Part shown: positions 51,861 through 64,000 of the stretch, piece by piece
Layout of the letters: each line of letters starts with the position of its first letter
Numbering within the stretch: position 1 is the first letter of the stretch
Assembly (NCBI GenBank): GCA_964016885.1
Contig: OZ024744.1
Location: 6,138,001-6,202,000 of the forward strand
Length of the DNA: 64,000 bases
From: Eledone cirrhosa
Lineage: Eukaryota
Direction: 5' to 3'
Translations under genes and position numbers: made by a program
The notes under the pieces: generated by a model
The model's input: the letters and a program-made list of their open reading frames with translations, nothing else
Databases searched by the model: none
Told to the model about the DNA's origin: nothing

Positions 51861-52005
<145 letters not shown>

Positions 52006-52013
52006 TGTGTGGA

Positions 52014-52039
52014 GGGTCCACACACCGGTGTGTGGACCC
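52014..52039. repeat. 26-bp perfect palindrome in a ~110-bp island within (TA)n
   Basis: GGGTCCACACACC GGTGTGTGGACCC; island ends ATGCGTGT / ACACGCAT are also inverted. Confidence 0.9.
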
Positions 52040-52099
52040 CGTGCATTCATATATGTGCAGGTGTATATCTGTATATACGTGTATATAGGCATGCGGACA

Positions 52100-52159
<60 letters not shown>

Positions 52160-52162
<3 letters not shown>

Positions 52163-53345
52163 TACCACAAACTCTTTAATAAAAACAACATTAAAATCTC
52201 ATTCTCCACAACACCTAACCTAGCTAGCCACATCGCATTCAGTAACCATCATAAACTTAGACAGTATAACTCCTACACCGCGGTACCCCCCCTAAAATAC
52301 ACCACGCCACTACACCAATACTTACTCTAGTAGCACACCTCCCCCATCTAATCCTTCTAGCACGGACCAGCCGCATAGTTTAAACAACCCTACCCTTACT
52401 AACCGCAGCAGTAGCTGCAACTGCTGTTACCCTAATGCATGCCCACTGAACGGACAATATCCTACACCCAATATAGTATATAGGTGCACTGTTAAAACAG
52501 CATCACACACCAGCTCCTATATTGGCTCTACCTCTAACCCTTTTAAGGTACGCTATAATGCGCACTCTTTTTCCTTCCGTGACCCTAGCAATAGATGTTC
52601 AACATCTCTAGCTAGGCTCATTAAAAACCTTAAATTAACCAACATTGAACACTCACTAATATCTTAGTTAGAGCCCAAGCGTTCAATAGACGAAGAAACT
52701 GTTGTGATCTCTGTGTTACGGAGGCCTATTACATAACTCTATCACGACCACAACATATAAATGATAGAAATGAGATAACTATTAGCTCTCAAGATCGAAA
52801 GGCAAATTCCTTCGCCAATAGAACATTTGACCCAACATAATCATATAATCTCAACTTTACATATAGCTAACATGTTAAATATTTAACAATGACTTGGATA
52901 ATTATAAGTTACCTCCCCTACACTATCTCTCACTTAAGCTCATTAGCATTTCTTAGCTATAAATCACCTAAATTTCTAAATTCTCAAGGAGTTAATTCCC
53001 TTGAAACCTGTCTCTAATTGGTAAGGTAAATATCCTCAGGTGGCCATATTGTTATGCATAGGCAGATAAATAATGCTTGCCTATAACAGAAATTAAATAG
53101 ATCCAAAACACCGTCGTGAAATACCAATATATAGAACATTACATTCATGTAACCTTCTTTCTTTACTTTACTTTATATTTCTTATTCCATAGCATATTTA
53201 TAAATATTTTCATTATCATTTGAAGTTCTGAAGAGCCGCTCCATTTTTTACCTAAGTTAATTATCTTCATCTGAACCAGATCAATAATGATCTATAATCA
53301 ATTGATCCAGAAGCATTATATGGGGTAGCGAAACAATTGTAAACG
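52160..53345 (+). mobile_element. Penelope-like 3' fragment (GIY-YIG remnant + pseudo-LTR)
   Basis: [60 protein letters not shown]; hammerhead at 3' end. Confidence 0.82.
53225..53344 (+). ncRNA. Hammerhead ribozyme motif with ~95-nt stem II region
   Basis: GTT-CTGAAGA-GCCGCTCCAT...ATGGGGTAGC-GAAAC-AATT-GTA-AAC; palindromic ACAATTGT stem III; stem I GTT/AAC. Confidence 0.7.
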
Positions 53346-53380
53346 GACATTATTATTATCATTATTAACATTCCTAAAAG

Positions 53381-53555
53381 GGCGGTATCGGTAGAGGGCC
53401 GGACGTCATGCTTTGCAGCACAGTTACGTCCCTTTACGGACTGAGTTCAAATCCCGCCGAGGTAAACTTTGCCTTTCATCCTTACCGGGTCGATAAAATA
53501 AAGTACCAGTAATACATTGTGATAATTGCTGGCCTTGTGCCAAAAGTAGAAACAA
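53381..53555 (+). mobile_element. tRNA-derived SINE
   Basis: B box GAGTTCAAATC; AACTTTGCCTTTCATCCTTACCGGGTCGATAAAATAAAGTACCAG; homologous to 34138-34262. Confidence 0.75.
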
Positions 53556-53611
53556 TTATTAACATTCCTTACATTAAACTATATTTAAACTCCTCATTAT
53601 AATCACACTCC

Positions 53612-53652
<41 letters not shown>

Positions 53653-53654
<2 letters not shown>

Positions 53655-54976
53655 AGTTGCATTTATCTTGCTTTATGTTCATACGAGTTATCACCAAATC
53701 ACAACCAGTGACCTCAAGAGACAACAAGGTCCGCCATGTTCAAGAAAGAACATACATACTCACACATGCATCTTTAGTGTTTAGACTTGTGATGTACTTA
53801 TATTGACAGAATCTTCCTTAGTATATGGGCAGTTCCCATTAGTACTATCTTTTGTATTTCTCCTATACGCGGGTTTCCTGCGATTTGCGATAAGTAATCA
53901 TTAGGCCCCTTAGGTATCATTCCCAGAGCGCCTACAACCACTGGTATTGTTTTAGTTCTCAATTTCCACATTTTTCTAATTTCTATCTCCAGGTCCTTAT
54001 ACTTGCTCAATTTTTCAAATGTTTTTATAGATACATTCTTGTCTATTGGAACAGACATATCAATTAGCAGGCATACCCTCTTTTTAAAGTCCTTCAATAT
54101 TATATCAGGTCTATTTGCATCTATTTTTCGGTCTGTTTGGATGCTAAAGTTCCACAAGATTGAGATGTGATCTTTTTCAAGTATGGGAGGTGGTTGATGC
54201 TCCCACCAATTCTTTTGATGGGGCAGGTCAAAATGCTTACACATTATCCAATGTATGTATTGTGCAGCTCTGTCATGCCTGTTTAGGTATTCGGTTGGAG
54301 CTATAGGACTGCACATTGAAATTATATGGTCAATGGTCTCTGGTTGTTTTTTACATACACGGCATAATGGGCTGCATCCATTTTTTATTATGTTGGCTTG
54401 GTAATTTTTTGTTGGCAGACACTGATCTTGTGCTGATATAATCAGTCCTTCAGTCTCCGATTTCAGTCCAGAGAATGCCAACCACTGATGGGTTAAAGTT
54501 TTGTCAACATCAGGATTGTTAGCTCGCTCTGGGTATTTTCCATACAGAGGCTTTTCTTGCCATTTCTAGCCAGTTTCTGTAGCAGTTCTTTCTTTGCAGT
54601 TACTTTTACCTGCTTTGCTTTTTCTGTGTTTTCCATTTCAGCAGTAAATGGGACTTCTGAAATTTGTAGTCCATTACTGTATCTTTGTGCATCTTTTGTA
54701 ATGGAATATGATATTTTGATGCTTTCGTGTTTCAAAACGAGTTTGATCATCCAATCATGTGATTCCCTTAGATATGTAGAAAATCCAATTGTTGCAGTTT
54801 TCAACGCAATGTCTAACTGGATTAACCCACGTCCTCCTTCTTTCCTAGGGAGATATATTCTATCTATATCTGCCTTAGGGTGATGCATTCTGTGCATGGT
54901 TAAGAGTTTTCGAATTTTTGTATCGAGCCTACGGATCTCTGTGCTTGACCAGTTGATGACATTATAACTGTAGGTT
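53653..54976 (-). mobile_element. R4/Dong-like RLE element family a, 5'-truncated, between (TAA)n tracts
   Basis: CRVCKKQPETIDHIISMC, RHD, RPDIIL..DMSVP..EKLSKY; (ATT)n at 53612-53652 and 54975-55000. Confidence 0.92.
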
Positions 54977-55000
54977 ATTATTATTATTATTATTATTATT

Positions 55001-57543
55001 CCTTGAATCTCAGTCATTGATGTTAGTTAACCGGAAAGTCCGTTGGAATGAATATCAAGCCACTACCTGCAGCCTCAGATATTCAGGACGTATCGGAGGG
55101 TTCTTGCTTTTCCCAGCAAGTATGCCTATTGAAGCGTTCCAAAAAGCGTGAAGGGGCCGATTTTCTTTAACCATCCCTGGAAACTTTTGGAGATAGTCCC
55201 CAGTGCGCCTATGACAATCGGGATCACTCTGACTTCATGGCAGTTCCAAATCCTTTTTACCTCCCACTTTAAGTCCTGGTATCGGTTAATTTTCTCCCTC
55301 TCCTTCTCTTGCACTCTCGTGTCGAATGGGCAGGCCATATCCACAATCAGACACGATCTTTTTTCGTTGTCCACAACCACCAGGTCAGGTCTATTGTGTT
55401 CCAGTTTCTTGTCCGTCTGTATCCTAAAATCCCACAGCACCTTCACCTGATTGTTCTCCATCACCGCCTCTGGCTTATGCTCATACCACTTCTCAGAATG
55501 TGGTAAATTGTTTACTTTGCATAGGTGCCAGTGGATCACCCTGCCCATTACATCATGTCTCCAGCCCTTATAGTTGGTCTGGGCTAGGTGTTTACACTCG
55601 GATACAATGTGAGCCACAGTCTCCTCTCTCTCTCCACAGATCCTGCACAGTGGGCTAGCCTCCTCCTTGCAAATATGGTGTTTCAACCACTTCGTTTTGA
55701 GGGCCTGCTCCTGCGCAGCCATTAACATTCCTTCTCTAGCCTTTTTAAGGTCTCCTCTTCTCAACCAGTTCCATGTCTGTGGGTCTCTAAATTCAGTTTT
55801 CTCAAAGAAGGTACTATGAAGGGATTTTTCCTGAAGGCTGCTGTTTCTCCATGATGTTATTTCCTCCTTGGACATCCCCTGGCCTATTGTCCCCTCCTTC
55901 AGTAGAGTTCTGAGCATTGGCTCCTTACTATCAGTCACGTATTTATGTAGGTTGTTTTTCTCCATCTGAACACAGTCCTCTATGCTGATAAGACTTCTTC
56001 CACCCTCAGATCTCCTTAGGTAGAGTCTATCGACATCACTCCTCTTGTGGAACATGTTGTAGATACTCAATAGCTTCCTAGTCTTCCTATCCATTTCTTT
56101 TTGTTCAGCAACATTCCATCTCAGAATTCCCGCACTGTACCTAATAATAGACACAGCTCGGAATTTACTGCACTTATGACATTCCTACTATTTAGATGTG
56201 ACTTCAATACGCTCCTTACTCTCCGAATGTATTCAGTTCTTAACAATTCCTTCATTTTTTTGTTCTTTATGTCATCAGCCTCCAGAACGCCAAAATACTT
56301 GTATCCTTCCTCAGAATCAATTTCCTTTATCATCTCACCTATTGGTATCTGGATTCCGTTACTTCTGCTCAACCTACCCCTCCTCATCACAATGACTCCA
56401 CACTTACTAATACCAAACTGCATACATATATCACTGCTGAAAATACGGACAGTGTCAACAAGCACATCCAACTCCTTCTCACTCTTCCCGAAGAGCTGAA
56501 GATCGTCCATGAAGAGGAGGTGATTGATGGTAAGCCCTCCCTTTCCCAACCTGTATCCTGCTCTCACTTTTCGCAGTACATTGGTCAGGGGCATCAGGGC
56601 AAGGACAAACAACAGAGGGGACAGGCTATCTCCCTGGAAGATACCTCTCTTGATCTTCACGCTTCCCAAGGATTCTCCAGTTGATGTCAACTCTTTTTCT
56701 AGGACCTCATACTCTTGCCCAACAACTGTCTGATGTTATCTGCCACATTGAAGATCTCCAGGCTTTTGGTGATCCAAGAATGAGGCACCATGTCAAATGC
56801 TTTTTTGTAGTCTATCCATCCCATGGCAAGACCAGTGTGTCTCCTCTTGCAATTCCTCATTACCATCTTATCAATAAGTAACTGGTCCTTTGTACCACGT
56901 GACTTCTTTCGGCATCCTTTCTGTTCGTCTGGTAACATGTTGTTTGTGTGGAGGTGATGGTAGATTTCCTCAGACACAATGCTCGTCAACAGTTTCCACA
57001 TTACGGACAGACATGTAATAGGTCTATAGTTGGTAACATCATTACCCTTGATTCGGTCTTTCATTATCAGAACTGTGGTACCTTTTGTCAACCACTCTGG
57101 TACCTCACCTAACATCAAGCAGTCATTGAACATGGTTGTCAGTTTCGGGTGGAGGGATGTTATATTTTTAATCCAATACCCCTGCACACCATCTGGGCCT
57201 GGTGATTTCCAGTTGGTTAGTTTTTTGGCCTGCCCCTTAAGAGTTTCAACTGTGATACTCAAATCAGTTTGTTGGTGTGCCTGATCACCGATCTCCCTCT
57301 GTACTGACTCAATCCACCCTTCCTGGGCATTGTGTCTAACATCCTGCTCCCATATTCCTCTCCAGAATGTTTTAGTTTGTTCCGCCTCAGGGATCAAGTC
57401 GTTGCCTCTTTCTTTCCCCTCGAGCTGCCCAAACAGCATCTTCTGGTTGTTGTCGAACATGCGGTTCTGTCTATACTGGCTGACTCTGTTCTCGTATCGC
57501 CTGATTTTGGCACTCTTTGCTACAATGCGTTGCTTCATTTCCT
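55001..57543 (-). mobile_element. R4/Dong-like RLE element family b, 5'-truncated, frameshifted, between (TAA)n tracts
   Basis: KSPGPDG, YRPITCL, WIDYKKAFDMVPH, RGIFQGDSLSPLLF, HLLFMDD, CRICGEREETVAHIVSEC, RPDLVV..DMACP; (ATT)n on both flanks (57545-57583). Confidence 0.93.
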
Positions 57544-57544
57544 C

Positions 57545-57583
<39 letters not shown>

Positions 57584-57584
<1 letters not shown>

Positions 57585-60500
57585 GGCGACCTACGTAGGA
57601 AATCGTATTATCGTGAGCTCCGCAAAGGTTTGTTATTTCCGTTTGTTTAAAAATTGCCATTTATGGAAAATTTTATTGTAAACTGTTTATAAGCACACAT
57701 ACATTGTTTTCCGAAAAGGACACCCAAAAAGATTGGGGCCTTGTGCCCAAAGTTTTAACTTTTATTATTATCCAAAAGTCTCTTTGAAAACAAATGGCTA
57801 ATTCCCCTCTGCACGAAGCAGCTGAAAGCCTTCCTCACAAAATAAGACCTCACACCGACACCACCATTGTAAATGTTACTACGTTTGCCAACACAAAAAA
57901 AAATATAAGCAGTAGCAATATTTTAAATTTGTCTCAGGCAGACATTCATTTCCCGCCATTACCAATGACTGCAGGTGTTAAACCCTCCACCACCACCACC
58001 ACCGCGACAACAGAAACAAAAGTAGAAAAAAATAAATTAACTCGTGACGTCGAAATGAAATCAATCAAAATGGACTCTTCCCCACCAAAGACGACTGACG
58101 TCACCACCACCACAACTGAAAATAAAATTAATATTAACGATAGCAACAACAACAACAATGATATTATAAAACCGACCCTCAGTTTCGCCATCGTAGCAAA
58201 ACAATTCGAAGCGTTCACGGTAACTCAAGAAGATTTAGAAAATGCCAAAAAATGGTAAAGAAAGATGGGTACAGGGTCAGCCTCACCCCCCCCCCCCCCC
58301 TCACACCTAATAAAATGGAGCATCGGCGCCTGTGCACCGTGTCGTATAGAACAATAAATGTAAAATCGCGCCGAGTGGAACGGGCATCCGAGTCCCAAAT
58401 CCAAAAAGCTTTGGGACATGTGTGGGCAAGAAAAACCCACATCAGACGTGGGCAAAAGTATGGAACCGTGGATGTGTTCTTTGAAACACCAGAGGAGGCT
58501 AGAGAACACTCCATGGCCCCATTAAAAAGTGAGGACCTCACACTCGTCCCAAGCTATTGTGGCCAGAGACTCGTAAAGATCAGGGTGACCCACGTTCCAC
58601 CGGCCATCGAAATTCCCTGGCTAATAGCGGCTGTCCTCGCCGGCATCGAAGCCAACACGAAAGTAATAGCAGTAGCAAAAGAAAAGCAGGAAAACTGGTC
58701 CGGATCTGGGATGGAGCTCCTTATCCAAGCGGACCAAAAAAGCATTGAGGGGATCCCAGAGGTAATAGACCTCACTGACGGCAGCCACCTCGCGGTAATT
58801 GTCGAGGGCAGAAGACCTAGGTGTGTCGTTTGTGGTGAAGGAACCCACCTAAGGGCTTTCTGCCCTCAGGCTAAAAGGTTGAGGCCACCTCTCCTACCCA
58901 CCCCAGTGACACAACCATCAACACCACCAGTAGCAGAGATGGCAGCAACAACTGTAGCAGCAACAACAGAAGCAACTATAACAGCAACAACCCCAGCAAC
59001 AGTAGCAAAACCAACACCACTACCACCACCAGCAAAACCAACACCACCACCACCCAACGCTTCAGAACTAGCACCAGCGCCTACACCATCCACCACATCA
59101 CAACCAAAACTAACGGCTGTGGAGGATTTTCCACTCCCCGGCCTATCACAAATGGAGACAGATTGTGACGACGAGGAGTGGGAAACGATATCCGGAAAAA
59201 AAAGAAACCAAAAAAGAAAAAAATTCTCTTCCTTCCCCCTCCAAAAACAAAATACAGAGGGAAACAAATAAACTAAGAAACAAAAAATTTAGGACAGATA
59301 TGCCACCATCCACACCAGCATCACCAACCCCATCAACCCAAACACCAACACCATCACCATCATTATCCCCAGCACCACCATCACCTACACCACAAAAGTC
59401 ACCAAAATGCGAAACAGAAACAAACCCACAACAAACGCAAACAAAACAAAACAACCAAAACGATACACACTACACAGCATTAAATCTGAACAACAAGCAA
59501 TTATTACACTACATCCAACACAACACCAGCATCACAGAAAAAGACTACACAACAACCCCAAAATTCACACCACCTCCACACATACAAATCATTCGCATCA
59601 CACAGAAAACGTACATGACACTAAAACAAAAATTCCCCAAAGACATCGGAGATTCCGACAAGCACTCTCCAGGAGGATTTATAAGGTCATCCTTCCTGAG
59701 GAGGCCACAAGCAGTGAAAAGGATGGAAAAACCGTCCTTCCCCTACGAGAAGTAAGGTAAGTGGTCTTTCCCATCTTTTCCACTCCTTTTCAAAATGACC
59801 TCACTCAGAATAGGCAGCATAAATGCGCGTGGCTTGGGGTCGTCATGGAAGCAGGGCCACCTGCTCAACGACCTCAGGTCACTAAACATAGATGTAGTGG
59901 CCATCAGCGAGACCAGAATCTCCGAAGCACAGGCTTTCGCACTGATCTTCGGTGGCTACGATGTGTATGCATCTCCCAGCCGTCCGGGATCGGGGGGAGG
60001 AGTTGCTGTGCTTTTTCGGAGAGGTTTGGATCTTGCCATACGGGCCATCTTCCTGGACCCAGAAGGAAAGTTGGTGGTGCAGGACGTGACCAGCGGAGAC
60101 GGTCAAGCTTTCAGGTTAGTGGCCGTCTATGCCCCGACAGGAGCAGGGCGGCCTGATTTCTTCCGGCGTCTGGAGACCTTTCTTGGAACGTCCCGCTCTT
60201 TAGTGTTAGTGGGCGACTGGAACGGGATCTTAGATGCACGCTGGGATTGTGTGGGATTAGTGGATAGGGAAGGAGGGTGCAAGAGTCTCACCAACCTGCT
60301 CAGACGTTTTGAACTGTCTGACAGGTACCGAATGGATTTCCCGAATGTACCAATGTGGACTTGGACAAATCGCATAGGGTCATCCAGATCATATCTAGAT
60401 AGAGTATTTTGTAGGGAAATAGATAGGTCTAGCATAGGCTGTCCACAATTCAAGATAGTCAGCTACACGGACCACAAATTCGTCATCTGTGTGCTTGACT

Positions 60501-62180
60501 TAGATAGGCTTCATAGGCGAGGACCCGGCTACTGGAAGCTATACGCGTCCTTACCAGCGCGCAAGGCCTACAGAGACCGGATTAGCGAATTAGTTAAGCG
60601 GGCATTGACGGGGGACATCGTCAACAACAAGTGGTGGTTTCCTCTGAAAAGAGCAATTAGAATAGAGTCCATTAGGTTTAGTAAGACATTAGCAATAGAG
60701 AAAAATAGAGCAGAGGGAGAATTACTTAGAAAATTAGATGAGGCGCTTAGCAAAGGCATCGCGACCGACGTGCTTGCGGCGAAATTGGCCCTTGACCAAT
60801 TCTTCAATGCAAAGCACGAAGGCTGCGTTGTCAGAGCTAGGGTGCGTGCTCTCAGACACGAGGGGACGAAAGCCGTTCAATGGGCCCGAGTGGCGGAGGC
60901 GCGTCGTGGCAACAAAGCCACGATCCGGTCTTTGGTGGACCACGACGGGCGCATGCTACTCGATCCCGGGCAATGTGTGAAGCTTTTCAGCGACACTTCG
61001 CGCAACTGTTCGGGGGCAGTGGCGGGCCGGATCGAGGGATGGACTTTAGTGTCTACCTCGACGGACTGCCGCGGCTTTCGGCCACTGAGGCGAAGTGTTG
61101 CGAAAAGCCGATAACAACCGCTGAAGTACGGGATGCAATGACTAGTTGCACAAGGGGTAAATCGTCTGGTTTGGATGGTCTACCCTATGAACTTTATGTA
61201 CAAATGCCAAACTTGTTCGGAGGCCTCTTGGCGGACGTCTACTGCAACTGGCAACAGAACGGGAGAATTCCCAGCTCTGTGAGCCGAGGAGCGGTGGCGC
61301 TGCTGAGAAAGGATCCGAACAAGGGGGATAACACAGATAATTTTAGGCCCATAACTCTGCTAAACACAGAGTTCAAGATTTTGGCCAAGGTGCTAGCAAA
61401 GAGGTTGGCGCTTGTCGTTGGTGGTCTGGTGGGAGAGGCACAGACATGCGCCATTCCCGACAGATCCATCCACGACAACCTCCACCTCATGCGATACATC
61501 GTAGAGAGGGTAGCTAGGGAACCTGGCACGGGTGGGTCTTTGATCAATTTAGATCAGTCGAAAGCCTTCGATAGGGTCGACCATCGTTACCTAGAGGCAG
61601 TCCTGAGGGCGGCTGGCTTTGGGCCCGTCTTCAGAGGCTGGATCGCTGCCATGCACAGCAACATCTGCTCTGTAGTGAGAGTGAACGGTCACCTTTCGGA
61701 ACCGTTCAACATCATGCGCTCGGTCCGCCAAGGATGTCCCCTCTCGTCCCTATTGTACGTATTGACTCTCGAGCCATTACTGCACAAACTGGAGACGTTG
61801 AGGGGGATCCCGCGCGAACTAGGATGCGGAGGATCCGTGTCAGCATATGCCGACGATGTCACCGTAGTGTTGTCGAACGCCAAAGACATCGAGGCGATCG
61901 GCACTACACTAAGAGAATACGAGGCGGTGACAGGAGCAATGATCAACCAGGAAAAGTCAGTTGGCCTGCAGCTCGGCACCTGGAGAGGCAGGTCCATGCC
62001 GTCCAACAGCGCCGTCGGGCGCTGGACAGACGTACCGGTTAAATTGCTAGGGGTCTGGTTCGGTCCAGACCTCCAGACGGACAAAAACTGGGACGAGGTG
62101 ACGAGCAGGGTGGCTTCTCTCACCCAGAAATGGGCCGAGAGGAAGCTATCCCTGAAAGGTCGAGCGGAGGTGGCTAACGT
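57584..62180 (+). mobile_element. Tx1 family 2, apparently 5'-complete, 3'-truncated, frameshifted
   Basis: ~210 bp 5' UTR; ORF1 57794-59755 (CVVCGEGTHLRAFC, frameshifts near 58255-58300 and ~59230); ORF2 from 59795 with INARGL, GDWN, TDH, frameshift ~60970, AYADD; cut at 62180. Confidence 0.92.
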
Positions 62181-64000
62181 CAAGAGACAACAAGGTCCGC
62201 CATGTTCAAGAAAGAACATACATATTCACACATGCATCCTTAGTGTTTAGACTTGTGATGTACTTATATTAACAGGATCTTCCTTAGTATATGGGCAGTT
62301 CCCATTATTACAATCTTTTGTATTTCTCCTATACGCGGGTTTCCTGGGATTTGCGATAAGTAGTCGTTAGACCCCTTAGGTATCATTCCCAGAGCGCCTA
62401 CAACCACTGATATCGTTTTAGTTCTCAATTTCCACATTTTTCCAATTTCTATCTCCAGGTCCTTATACTTGCTCAATTTTTCAAATTTTTTTATAGATAC
62501 ATTCTTGTCTATTGGAACAGACATATCAATTAGCAGGCATACCCTCCTTTGAAAGTCCTTCAATATTATATCAGGTCTATTTGCATCTATTTTTCGGTCT
62601 GTTTGGATGCTAAATTTCCACAAGATTGAGATGTGATCTTTTTCAAGTATGGGAGGTGGTTGATGCTCCCACCAATTCTTTTGATGGGGCAGGTCAAAAT
62701 GCTTACACATTATCCAATGTATGTATTGTGCAGCTCTGTCATGCCTGTTTAGGTATTCGGTTGGAGCTATAGGACTGCACATTGAAATGATATGGTCAAT
62801 GGTCTCTGGTTGTTTTTTGCATACACGGCATAATGGGCTGCACCCATTTTTTATTATGTTGGCTTGGTAATTTTTTGTTGGCAGACACTGATCTTGTGCC
62901 GATATAATCAGTCCTTCAGTCTCCGATTTCAGTCCAGAGGATGCCAACCACTGATGGGTTAACGTTTTGTTAACATCAGGATTGTTAGCTCGCTCTGGGT
63001 ATTTTCCATACAGAGGCTTTTCTTGCCATTTCTTAGCCAGTTTCTGTAGCAGTTCTTTCTTTGCAGTTACTTTTACCTGCTTTGCTTTTTCTGTGTTTTC
63101 CATTTCAGCAGTAAATGGGACTTCTGAAATTTGTAGTCCATTACTGTATCTTTGTGCATCTTTTGTAATGGAATATGATCTTTTGGTGTTTTCGTGTTTC
63201 AAAACGAGTTTGATCATCCAATCATGTGATTCCCTTAGATATGTGGATAATCCAATTGTTGCAGTTTTCAACGCAATGTCTAACTGGATTAACCCACGTC
63301 CTCCTTCTTTCCTAGGAAGATATATTCTATCTATGTCTGCCTTAGGGTGATGCATTCTGTGCATGGTTAAGAATTTTCGGATTTTTGTATCGAGCCTACG
63401 GATCTCTGTGCTTGACCAGTTGATGACATTGTAACTGTAGGTTACTACTGGTATGGCAAGCGTGTTTATGGCATCGATCCTATTCCTTGCATTCAATTCC
63501 GTTCTTAAGATTGCTCTGACTCTGCGGTAACATTCCTTCCTTATCCTTTCCCTCATTGTCGAGTGCTTGATTCCGTCTCCTTCACAAACACCTAGATATT
63601 TGTAAGTTTTTTCTTGATCAAGCTCACTTATCACGTTCCCCCGATCAAGATTAATGTCTGAACTCTTCAGCAGCTTTCCTCTGGTGAACGTTGCTTTGGC
63701 GCATTTATCCAGTCCAAACTCCATTTTAATGTCATCACTGAACTGCTTCACAGTGGATCATAGCCCTTGCAATTGTTCATCATTTTTTGCAAATAGTTTC
63801 AGGTCATCCATGTAGAACAGGTGATTAATGGTTTTGTCATAGACTCTATATCCATGTTTTGTTTCATTGAGCATTTTACTTAATGGTATAAGTGCGATGC
63901 AGAATAAAAGCGGTGATAAAGAGTCACCCTGAAAAATTCCACAATTAATGTTAACTTCTCCAGCTTCCAGTGATTTTTTTTTCACTATTCAAAAGGAGTG
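62181..64000 (-). mobile_element. R4/Dong-like RLE element family a, continues beyond window
   Basis: GIFQGDSLSPLLF, HLFYMDD, CCHC and RLE motifs in ORFs 63758-63985 and 62264-63751; 3' UTR lacks last ~60 bp and TAA tail. Confidence 0.93.

Overview
Eukaryotic, AT-rich, microsatellite-dense repeat region with no recognisable host gene; the mix of (TA)n/(TACA)n/(TAA)n tracts, tRNA-SINEs and retroelements suggests an invertebrate, possibly a cephalopod (inference only). Left to right: a >=13.2 kb strand-asymmetric ACC/AAC triplet array with ~4.5 kb higher-order structure; two head-to-tail L1/Tx1-clade non-LTR retrotransposons (one 5'-truncated and decayed, one full length with open ORF1 and ORF2) whose 5' ends face that array; a ~66-unit 28-bp satellite, one unit of which also sits between the two elements; then a graveyard of R4/Dong-like restriction-like-endonuclease (RLE) elements, Penelope-like (RT + GIY-YIG) fragments, Helitrons, SINEs, three more Tx1 copies, many fold-back elements and at least five hammerhead ribozyme motifs, one inside a 426-bp tandem repeat (retrozyme-like). 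Most interesting: the telomere-like polarity of the first 25 kb, an in-frame single TAA plus AG|GTAAGT motif at the ORF1/ORF2 junction of two divergent Tx1 families, an unnamed conserved ORF1 C-terminal domain, and the ribozyme-bearing repeat. Element boundaries were read by eye and may be off by some bases.
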